A DNA stretch of 50,969 nt. Source: Girardia tigrina (taxonomy: Eukaryota). Below the pieces are notes generated by a model. The model was not told the DNA's origin, did no database searches, and saw only the letters and a program-made list of their open reading frames with translations. Both the position numbers and the translations under genes were made by a program. How positions within the stretch are numbered: position 1 is the first letter of the stretch; each line of letters begins with the position of its first letter. The stretch spans positions 1 to 50,969 of the forward strand of contig MQRK01220052.1 of NCBI GenBank assembly GCA_001938485.1, given 5' to 3'. Positions 1 to 10,360 of the stretch are shown in pieces.

Positions 1-230
1 TGCTATGGCGATCGCGACCGTTGCTAGGGACCCAAGGAGCCAATCAGAAGCGTTTCTAAGGTGATCGCGACCGTTGCCATGGTAACCGCGACCGTTGCTA
101 AGGTGATCGCGACCGTTGCTATGGTAACCCCGCGGGGTAACTGGTTACGTAACCATGGCAACTACGGTAACTAGTTACGACCCCCCCCCGGGGGGGGTCA
201 TGTGGGGAGAACATACATTCTTCCCCTACT
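1..230. mobile_element. GC-rich terminal repeat of an element running off the window; probable Polinton/Maverick TIR end
   Basis: ~21-bp tandem units (GCGACCGTTGCYAWGGTRAYC) and several palindromes; ends in CTACT at 230 (5'-AGTAG on minus strand, typical of Polinton termini) exactly where the hAT transposase relic begins. Confidence 0.5.
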
Positions 231-754
231 TTATACCATATTTAGATTCAATAATTAATTCTTTGAAATGCCGCTTTTCTGAAAGTAATTCTACACAGTT
301 CAGTCTTTTCTCACTATATCCAATTCAAACTAATAACCTCAATTGTTAAAAGTATGTTGAAAAAATGAATGTTATGAAGAAGATATACAACATCGAAAAT
401 TTCGAAAATGAAGCAATGATGTGTTATGAAAACTTAGAATTATGTAATTTAGAATTTCTGGATTTCTTATCAAAAACTAGTTTGTTTCCAGCAATCCGTC
501 ATGCAATTTTGATTTTATTAGCGTTTCCTACAACCACGTGTACAGTAGAGAAATCCTTTAGTACATTAAGAAGAGTCAAAACTTCGCTGAGGTCTACTAT
601 GTCTGATAAAAGTTTATCTGGCCTTTGCATGTTAAGTGTACACAGGGAAAAAATTAAGAACAGCAAGGCAAAATTCATGGGAAGTGTAATTAACGAGTTC
701 GCTACTGACCGAAGAAGACTTCAATTTTTATTCAAGCAAGATTCATGTAAATAA
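231..754 (+). pseudogene. hAT transposase C-terminal relic (THAP12/ZMYM1-like, hATC dimerisation domain)
   Basis: FIPYLDSIINSLKCRF...FPTTTCTVEKSFSTLRRVKTSLRSTM..LSGLCMLSVHRE; ORFs 155-349 and 365-754 share a frame and are separated by a stop at 347-349. Confidence 0.9.
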
Positions 755-791
755 AATAAAATTTGAATTGAAGTGTTTTTTTTTAATTTTG

Positions 792-792
<1 letters not shown>

Positions 793-831
<39 letters not shown>
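793..831. repeat. (TA)n microsatellite
   Basis: direct reading. Confidence 0.95.
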
Positions 832-833
<2 letters not shown>

Positions 834-990
834 CTGTAATATAATATTTGTAATAATATAATATTAATAATATTATATTATATTATTTATAATATTAATT
901 ATTAGGTCTTTTTTCTTTTTTAGTGCTTCTGTGTAATTAAAAATAACTGAAAAAAATAGCCAACTGTGTATATATAGATTGACTTAAAAA

Positions 991-1063
991 GGAGTCGGAC
1001 ATTTTAAAAAATATAGGAATTAGAGTCGGAGTCGGACAATTTTAGTCCGACTCCGCAGCCCTG
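991..1063 (+). mobile_element. hAT right terminus (subterminal GGAGTC repeats, TIR ...CCGACTCCGCAGCCCTG)
   Basis: GAGTCGGAGTCGGA repeats and a CAGGGCTGCGGAGTCGG-type end downstream of the hAT transposase. Confidence 0.7.
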
Positions 1064-2419
1064 ATAAAAATACAAACCTGGATTTGAGATTCTACCAGCG
1101 GTCATTTTGACCACCATTAGAAAGACTTCTATTGATAATAACGTCAACTTAGAATTTTCCCATATTTTCTTCTATGCGATTTTTTTAAAGTACAATTTCG
1201 CCAGTGTAATGCTAGTTTTTGATTTAAACCTTCTTCAATTCGACAAAATTGTGATTAAAATTCATCATGTTGAAAGAACAGTTTGTGTTACTTAAGCTAA
1301 TCTTAAATGCCAATTGTTTTCTCTTAAATACTTTTGATATCTTAAAATATGTATCCGCACCATCTTTCATTACTTATTTGATTATTTATAAATTAAAACT
1401 CAAAAGATCGCGATAATATTACATTTGTTGATTCCACACTTTTGCCCATTTGTATTCCCTACAACCAGACGGAGGTAGTAATAATAATTATTTGCTTTAT
1501 TAGAAAATTATAATTAATTTTGTTTGTTATAATGACAAATAATTAATGTTTGTTATTATGTTTGTTACATTTACAAATTATTTATCCGAAATTATTTAAT
1601 GAAATATTTTTCAAATTCATTTTTACAATGCTTCATTGATTATAAATTATAATTAAAAAAAGGAAAAATATTATTGGAATACTGTGTTTTTCGGTTGAAA
1701 TGAAATGTTGTCTTTGGATAAATAATGTCGAAGGAAATAATAATTTGGAGAATGGTAATTCCTAAAAATTTGTCTGAATTTTTTTAATTTTTTAGAAACA
1801 ATGTTTAATTATAAATTAACATATTTATCTCTACTGAAATAAAACGAATAACAATATTTTAATACATTAAAATTAAAAAATAATCACAATAAACTAATTA
1901 ATATAAATAATTATTATTTTATAAAATAATAATAAAGAGTACTGTCAAAACTTGCAATACATTAATTGATTACACAAATTTATATATTTGATGATTCTGC
2001 ACTATACTTTCACTAGTATGTTATTATAATTACAAGAGGAGGAGTACTTTATGAGTTGGTTTATAATTATTTATTCAATCAATAGGTACTATTCCTCTCT
2101 AACTACAAATAAAAAATTATAATTCAGGAATTTTTACTATTAACAACATCAATATGACTTTTTAAACATTTATTAACATCACAAGTAGAATTTTCATGAC
2201 CACAAGTATTCAAACCGCCTTCACTATTTGAAATTTTTTCTTGATTAATTTATTTCTAAATTCATACTAATTTTGCAATCATTATGTCGATCAATGATTC
2301 GACAAATTGTGCCCATTATTTTTGTTTTTTGTAACCGAATACATTTTAATTTTAATACATTTAAAACGTTAAAAAATATTTGATTCAAAATATTTTAGAA
2401 ATATTAAAATTCCATTTTT

Positions 2420-2518
2420 TAAGAATATTTTTGAATGGTGTTTATTGTTTGTTGTTTGGTATGTTGTTTTAGGATTGTATTTCTCCCACCCAGATGGAAG
2501 ATTTATATTTTCAATGTT
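2420..2518 (+). repeat. degenerate partial Gypsy LTR copy
   Basis: GAATATTTT, GT-rich tract and TTGTATTTCTCCCACCCAGATGGA motif shared with the LTR at 17307. Confidence 0.6.
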
Positions 2519-3291
2519 TTAACCCTTAAACACCAGCCACAGTTAGAATCCTTCAGTCATTTGATTGATTTTTTTCATTTTTATAATTGGGATTAAGCAA
2601 ATTTGATATTCTAATTCTGTAAATAAAAAACATTTTCTGAATTTGTGTTATAAAAGTGTATAAAATCAGCTCAAACTTTAGAAAAATAGTAAAAATAAAA
2701 TTCTGCGATTTTTAACATTATTGAAGTTTTACAAAATCCGAGACAATAGTGCTCAATAAATAACCTATCAAATCAATGATTTTCAAATTTTTAATGTTTT
2801 CCCATTAATAGCCATCGCTGATGCATTGCATTATGCTTTCATTCAACCGAGAATCCCGTTGTTTCACGATGAAATAAGCCTTCAAAATTAGTGCTAGAAA
2901 GCGAGATTTAGAGGATTTCTTGTCAGTCAGAACCGGCTCAAACTTATTCTGAATTTCCACAAATAAATCTAATTCTTCAAAATTTGGATTTTAAAAATTG
3001 AAATTTCTATTATACTTTTTTTGGTTTTTATTTGAAAATTAATTTGTAATCGGTTTTTTTGAGTGAATCGGACAGTGCAAATGACAATATGTTTATTTTA
3101 ATTATTCGAGTTGTTTAAATGTAATAATTTTAATATGTTGACGCAAAAAAGTTTTTAAACAAAAAATTGAAGTCGCCATTATTTTTTCATTGAGTGCAGA
3201 TCAATTTGTGAGTATAAATAAATAAACATTAATTCTGCTTCGATTTTCGATTTTCAATTTATCCGGTGTGAATTTTTATTTTCAAATTGTA

Positions 3292-3524
3292 ATGGTAACC
3301 AAAGTCGACTTGAAAGTTGTTGTTTTGGGCAAAGAATGCATCGAAAAAACTACATTAGTCGATCGATTTTTGAACGGGAATGTCCAGGCGAATAATGCCT
3401 ATCAACCAACGATCGGGCGGCCTATCGCGCGCGCCAATTAAAGAACATCGATAATATTCCGATTATAATGGGCGTTTGGCACTCGGCAGGGAGCGAGCGA
3501 TATCAGTCAATGATACGAATTTTC
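3292..3524 (+). pseudogene. RAB24: Rab24 N-terminal fragment (frameshifted, G1 and G3 motifs mutated)
   Basis: MVTKVDLKVVVLGKECIEKTTLVDRFLNG..YQPTIG/AAY..IMGVWHSAGSERYQSMIRIF versus Rab24 [50 protein letters not shown]; frameshift near 3417; absent from the ORF track. Confidence 0.85.
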
Positions 3525-3542
3525 AAAAAAATCAATTATTGA

Positions 3543-3996
3543 TATCGTGAGCTGAGAGACGCTGAGCCGCGAATTCTCCACGACAAAGAAATCAAAAGGT
3601 CTCACAACTCTGAACTAAAGAAATGTTACGACAACGTATTGGTGCAATTGAAAGAGAAAATTACCAACACAAACGGCCAATCAGTCATCGTCTTACCGTC
3701 GATCAAATCCGATGTCGACACTCTCATGAACGCGCTTCTTTCGGTCATTCGAAATGGCGTTCTCGTGCAAGTCTCAGAGCATTATTGTGATCGCACTCGA
3801 CTGTCTCCAGAAACTGAATGCGTACGGTTACATCTCGAACTCGGCGCTCTATCGCGACTCCTCCAATGAAAGACTCATCGATAAGATCATCGTGTTCATC
3901 TGTGACGCCTTTCAGGACGGCCATTCCGGGGACGCCGTGCGGCTGCAGATCATCAAGGCCATTCTCACGATCGTCATCAACCCGAGTCTCGAGGTG
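3543..3996 (+). pseudogene. Sec7-family Arf-GEF BIG1/BIG2 (ARFGEF1/2) N-terminal DCB-region fragment, frameshifted
   Basis: RILHDKEIKRSHNSELKKC../FFRSFEMAFSCKSQSIIVIALDCLQKLNAYGYI..LIDKIIVFICDAF..VRLQIIKAILTIV matches the BIG1/2 N-terminus; frameshift at about 3727-3732; similarity stops at 3996. Confidence 0.9.
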
Positions 3997-5949
3997 CAAA
4001 TTTTAAATGTGACCCCCCGACCGGATGCTCGCTTCCCGTCGCCGGCGTGCCGCAGCCACAAAATCGCTGTGCCCGCTCTTGCACCATCACCCGTGATGGT
4101 TTGTCTTGATAACGCTCTTACAACTAGTGAACTTTATTCGTGAACATTTATTGAAGGCAGTAATTTTTTAAATAAGACTCAAAAAGAAAACATTTAATTT
4201 ATTGAGAAATTATCAAATTTAATTTATTTGATTAACATTCGGTATTTTTTATTAAGCGGTTCGATTGATTGATTGGAAATATTCTCCGATTTTGATTGAC
4301 AAAAACAACCTACTGATTCTCCAAGAAGGTTTCATCCACAATTATAATATTTCTGAAGAATTGGAAAACGATCTCATCATAAATTGAAATTTTCATAAGT
4401 TCAGCAATGATAGATATCATTGATAGTTATTCTAGTTCTACATTTACAATTGGCAAAAATTCCTCTATTTTGTATTCTAAAAATATCTAGAATGACTAAC
4501 GTTTTTAGTCATAAGATTCTGGATGGCGGATTCAAATGGATATTGCAGAAGTTCTAAGTCGCAGCAAGTATGCTATCTCAAAAGAATTCAGTTTTAATCG
4601 CAACTGCATTGGAGTAGGATTTGTTGGCAGAGTGTCCAAGATTGTTATTCATTCAAATCAACACTAACAACCCGAAAGATTAAAAAAAATAATTAAAAGA
4701 TTTTTTGTCAGATAATTTTGACAGTTTAAAAATGTAAATAACTACTTTTAAATTAAATTAATACATCTTCATCATAAATAGTATATTAAAATATTTTTGA
4801 AAAATAATTGGAATTGTAAATTGACAATGTAATTGAAATTTTTTTGAATAATTAGAGGTTTAAAAACAGAATTAAAATTTATCAATCAAAAACGATATCC
4901 AGTTACAAAAGTTTGTGGAGGACAATTGTCCCGGTGGCAATTCGAGTTGTGATATCAATAAATGTATTGAAAATCATATTAGAATTCTTAATACTATAAC
5001 CAAAATAAAACAATAAAATATTTCTTTTTTTCTTTGAAATTTTTTTTAGTATTTTAATATTTAATAAATGAACACTAAAATAAAAAATTATCAATATAGA
5101 TATTTACAAAATTTAAAATTTATCACAGTTTTTTTTAAAAAAAAATATTTATTTGTAATGTAATGTAATTTATTTTATAAATCTTTTTTTATAAACTTTT
5201 TAATAATATTTTTAATAACTATTTATTAAAGATTTTTTAATAAAATTGATTATCTAATTTGATTTTTGACAGAACTTTAAAATTGATACAATTATTTGAG
5301 AACTAGGACTCCTCAAACAAAATCGAAACATGTCCATCTCCTCTGAAAGATGTTTACAAATATCTTTATTTAAAATTTTTTAAAATAAATTTATGAATTA
5401 TTGGTCAATGTAGAGAAAATTATTTCTTTAAAATATCGTTTTCCTTTAAACAAATCCGAATAAAAAGCAAGTCATTCTTTGAAGGAAGAAAGAAAAATCT
5501 ATAAACCAAATTTTAAAAATTAAATTTGAAATGTCTTTTTAATATCTTGTTTCTGAAATAAAATTTTCTATTGTTTTTCCCTCAACATTAAAATGTATTC
5601 ATTCTGATACCTTTACACAGGAAGCTTTTCCCTTCAGCGCTGTAATTTCCCCGTCAACCATTATTTAGATTATGGTTCACGGATTTAGAATATAATTTTA
5701 ATTTTTAGAATATAATAATCTTTTGACTATTTTCGTCGGTTAAAAGCAAAACAACGTGAGAAGAAATAATAACAACACAACATACTCGATAAATATGCAC
5801 AAAAATATAGCAAAATATTCTTATAATTATTAGAAACATTAATATTTTTTCTGTCATTTTTATTAATATATTTATTATTAAGGATTTTTCGATCTGTTTC
5901 AGAATTTTTACAAACATTATTAAAAAAACAAAAATTAAAAATTTCGACT

Positions 5950-6185
5950 ATACCCTCAAAAAAATTACCCTAGTCCCCGAGAGAATAAATTATCCCAAAA
6001 CAATTGAGCTTAGAAGATCTTATGCTTCAACATTTAGAATGTTGGAAGTTGAAAATTATGATAAAACATTATTTTCTTGGAAAAAGTTGATATTTGGGTG
6101 GTCTGAAGACCCAGTAGAGGTAGAAGTAGATGCGAAGAATCTGCTTCTCAGTCGGTTCCAGCAGCTTGAAGCAAGAACATTTTCA
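5950..6185 (+). mobile_element. Tc1/IS630-like transposase fragment
   Basis: TLKKITLVPERINYPKTIELRRSYASTF resembles the region before the first catalytic Asp of IS630/Tc1 (DDE_3) transposases. Confidence 0.55.
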
Positions 6186-6188
6186 TAA

Positions 6189-6192
<4 letters not shown>

Positions 6193-6237
<45 letters not shown>

Positions 6238-6287
6238 NNNNNNNNNNNNNNNNNNNNNNNNNNNNNNNNNNNNNNNNNNNNNNNNNN

Positions 6288-6331
<44 letters not shown>
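6193..6331. repeat. (TA)n microsatellite spanning an N gap (6238-6287)
   Basis: direct reading. Confidence 0.95.
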
Positions 6332-6333
<2 letters not shown>

Positions 6334-7047
6334 CGGTAAAAGTTTACAATTGGTAAAATTTATTTAATCAAATAGCATAATTAAAAATATTTCAAAATTT
6401 AATTTTATTTAAATATTAATTATAATAATTTTTAATTAAATATTTTCCAATTTTCTTGTTAAATCACAGAGAGAGAGTTTTAATATGTTTTATTGAAATA
6501 ATTTACGTTTTTTTTAAGTTGATAACTTTGATATCGTGGAAATGTTTTTAAAAATTATTCTTCTATGAATGCATTATTTAATCAAACCTTTAATAAACAA
6601 ATTTGAAAGATCACCAATTATAAACCTTTAAAGAATGTAATTTGGGATTTTCTATTTTCAATGTTTTGCTTTATAAAATTATTCATTTTATTTTAAAGCG
6701 AATTAATATTACTTTAAAAATAATATTTTAAATTTTAATAAAATCCTTTTTGTAAAGGAATATTGGTAAGGTCTAAAATTAAAATTGTTATTAAAGATTA
6801 TCAATTTTCTTTTTTATAATCGATTTCTGACTCGATGCATTTAAAATTCTGATTTGATATACAACGGTCGCTGCCAAGATTGAACACTTCCTAAATTAAA
6901 CAGCACCAAAGTGCATGATAAGAATATACATTAGTGTCCAATTTCGAGAGTGATTACTGTATATACTTAATCCTTTTATTCTCTAAGGGAAATATTAACC
7001 TTAGTTTAAAATATTAAGAATACCATTAAAATCAAATTTTATTGCAA

Positions 7048-7082
7048 TATATTTCGGTGGATTTTCCACCATCTTCAGACTG
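7048..7082 (-). ncRNA. minimal hammerhead-ribozyme-like motif in Penelope pseudo-LTR
   Basis: CTGAAGA-T-GGTGG-AAAAT-CCACC-GAAA-TATA on minus strand. Confidence 0.55.
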
Positions 7083-7669
7083 AATTAACAACAATTTCGC
7101 TGTCTTATATATAGCAAATTGATGATTATGCAAACATCTTGCGTAATAACTACTTAAATATTTTCAACTTGAAGAGAGAGATGACAAGACGCCTCTCCAA
7201 TGTATGTAGCGTTGAACCCATTACACGAAAATTCATAAACCGGATTGGAACATAAACTCAAAGGAGAACGAGATTTATTGCTGAATATACTTTGAATTTT
7301 GTAAGATTTAGAAATGATTTTTAAATTCAAATTTTTACTATCGATTGATTTTAAAATAGACGTCTCGTCATCTCTGTAAACGGATTCAGGAGCATGGACG
7401 ATTGGGTAATGGGAGTAATATTGCTGGACACATGAAGGGTTGTAAGTCGGAGGTGAAAACAACTAATTTTAAAATATTGTGCAGTAATTTTAAAAATTAT
7501 TGGGAAAGAGTTACTTGTGAGGCATTATTGATTAAATCACTTAATCCGTCCATTAATGTCCAAACAAGTCTCTCTTCCAATTTGTTGAAAATATTTAATT
7601 AGTTATTATGCAAGATGTTTGCATAATCATCAATGTGCTATTTATAAGATAGCGAAATTGTTGTTAATT

Positions 7670-7710
7670 CAGCCTGAAGATGGTGGAAAATCCACCGAAA
7701 TATATTGCAA
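7670..7710 (+). ncRNA. minimal hammerhead-ribozyme-like motif in Penelope pseudo-LTR
   Basis: CTGAAGA (7674-7680), stem II GGTGG/CCACC, GAAA (7697-7700), palindromic TATA; stem I weak. Confidence 0.55.
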
Positions 7711-8989
7711 TAAAATTTGATTTTAATGGCGTTCTTAATTATAAAATTTTGCCATTATTTTTAAAATTTAAAATATTAGGTCATCCCAAAGTCCTTTTAC
7801 ACTTGAGAAAAATTCCACTTATTTTGATCATAAAAAAAATGCAAAAATAGAGATAATGCTAGCTATAAAACTGGATTTTTAGTTTTGAAGAAAATTTTCG
7901 ACATATCATTAATATATGTTACTGGGGTATTTTAACAAGGCATTTACAGCCATGCTTAAATGTTCGAAGTGAGTTTCATAATAGTCAATTTACTGTACTT
8001 TCAATCTAAAGTTTGGACATAAATGACGATACCATAATGAAAAAAAATGTTTTGTTTTTTAATGAACGATTTTTTAAATAACATTTTTTTTTGAAAAATT
8101 AATAAAATATATTTTAAAGGGTTTATATCAACCTTTTGCGGCACTTATAGCCTCTATTTTCCGAGATATTGATTGATACAAATTGTTAATTGTTTCCTAA
8201 GGAATTTATGCCTATTTTACATTTAAAACAACATCCAGTTACTTAAGAAACAATGGTGGAGGATATCAATCTTATACTCGAATCTCTAAAATTGCTCAAA
8301 AATCATAATGCTCAATAATGTTGAAGCTGGAAATTGTTGTAGCCAGATCAGATTCTCAACTTCATAATAATATTCCTCATTCAATTTTTTACCAATTCTA
8401 GCTGTATAGATTAGTTCTTTATTATCTTTAATAATGGTGTTTCTCTCCAGAAATAATTCATAAACCATATGACGACCTTGGTCAACCTAAAATCCCTATA
8501 TAATCTCTTCAGTTAGTTCTTCTATGAAAATAAATCATTGGTTCGACAGATTTTTGAAATATACCACCCCAAATCCTGACAAAATCCTAGCCTCATTTAA
8601 CGATTTGAAGAAGACAGTCTAGATGAAAAGTTTCTATTAGCTATCTCCAAACGTTAACTCGGATGGAGGTCGGAAATAGGTTAAACAATGATTCGTCAGA
8701 GAAAATAAATTTTTTTCAAAGCTCAATGGAAAAATTTTGGAAGTTTCTACACCACTTTAAACACTTTAAAATTTGTCTTTGAGAGCAGAGGTTTTTTAAT
8801 TGTAGTTTTTTTGAGGATTCCAGATTTTTGTGGTAGTGATTCTTGAATCCGCGGTTTTGTGATCCTCTCTAATAATCCGATTTTGAGTCATTTGTTGAGG
8901 ACTTTTTTCTTCTCTTTCAAAAGCAATCATTATTTTTCAAACTGTACTCCTTGAAATGCCTTCAGATAGTTTATATTACACTAACGCTA

Positions 8990-10360
8990 GGTCAAAAATT
9001 CCCCCCACGAATATTCCACCATCGAAAATTCCACCAATGAAAATCCTACCCACAAAGATTCCACAAAAAAATTAAAATTCCTACAACAAATGAATTTAGT
9101 TTTTTAATTATTAAAAATATTTGTTAGTTTAAAAGATTTTTAAAAATTGAATTTGTTTATGAATTAAATAAATTAATTTTAAAAATCAAAATGGGGTTTA
9201 AAATATCTATTAAGTAAAAAGAATAAGAAGAAAATTTGTGATGCAGAAAACTGTGTAAGAAAAGCTTAGAGGTAACCCTAAACAAACTAACATACTGGGG
9301 ATGCGAGAAATTTCATAAGGGATCTAAAGCTTGCATTCATACTGATTTTAATAGCGATGAACCTTATCCTTTTTCTACTTCTGACGTTCATAATCATGGT
9401 GCATCAAAAGCAAAAACAGATGTCCAACTTGCAGTAAGTTCAATAAAAAAATGCTATTTTTATCGGAAATGGAGCTTCACCGAGGAGGCTACAATCATCA
9501 ATATTTTCGCAGATGAATGAAGAAGACAAATCTAAAGTGCAGAGTTTATTAATATTCAAAATGGATGCGAGTGTCTTTGGTATTCCGGTTATTCCAATAT
9601 CTTGAAGAGGATATGAAATTCCAGATTCTTTTAAATATCTAATCGATGACTCACTTCTTTTGGTATATGAGTCTGTGTATAATGTATTCAAAGACGTTTT
9701 TAATGATGCTACAATTTCTGGTTGTTTATTTCACTTAAGTCAGTCGTTTTGCCGTAAAGTTTGTGATTTAGGAAATAGAATTTTGTACTATACTTTATCT
9801 TCATTTGCACTAAAAATAAAATGCTTCAGTGCATTAGCATTCCTAGCATTACAGTATGTCATTAAAGGATTTGAATTTCTCTCAAATGTTGAAGATCTTC
9901 CAGCTGAACAAACCTATATCGTCATTCAAAGAGGATTAGGTCAACGACGAAGAAGAAATTTGGAATGTCAGATGTCGTTCTATTAATAATATTTCAAGAA
10001 CAAACAATCCAATTGAATGATTTAACAGTTCGTTAAGAGCATCACTCCCAAGTTTGTACCCCAACATATGGTCTTTGTGTCTGCATTACAAAAAGAATTA
10101 TTAACACAAACAAAATTAATTCCTGTCAAAAGAGGAGATTCTTGACTTGAAAGTAAAAATTAAAAAATGTTAATAAAAATTTAAAGAATCTTGCAGAAAA
10201 ATATCTAGCAAACTAAATTATTGAGTTTTTGAAAGATGCTGCAATAAATTTGCATTAGTTTAAATAAATTGTTTCCTTTCATTTGTTCGACTTTTATTAT
10301 CATGTTTATTAATATAATTGTCATATTTATAATTGTCGTGGGTGGAATTTACATGGCACC
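8990..10360 (+). mobile_element. Mutator/MULE element, decayed and internally deleted
   Basis: YWGCEK..HNH zinc-finger-like region, ATISGCLFHLSQSF (CxFH), RTNNPIE; AATTCCACC subterminal repeats on the left and GGTGGAATT on the right. Confidence 0.85.

Larger units (their letters stand above)
7013..7770. mobile_element. Penelope-like element 3' ends in inverted arrangement (GIY-YIG fragments plus pseudo-LTRs)
   Basis: minus arm 7013-7362 (VYEFSCNGFNATYIGE) and plus arm 7358-7770 (RHLCKRIQEH..EALLIKSLNPSINVQ); the 3' UTRs are reverse complements and match 43755-44430. Confidence 0.9.

Noticed and set aside
1-200. CRISPR-like or telomeric array
   Set aside because: Units are contiguous without unique spacers, there are no cas genes, the context is eukaryotic, and the unit is not a telomere repeat
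3745-4006. Overlapping ORFs 3745-3999 (-) and 3818-4006 (+)
   Set aside because: Shadow frames of the GC-rich BIG fragment
4510-4645. Possible kinase Gly-loop fragment (CIGVGFVGRVSK)
   Set aside because: Too short; no VAIK or other kinase motif follows
6130-6333. ORF with IYIY repeats
   Set aside because: Artefact of the (TA)n tract and N gap
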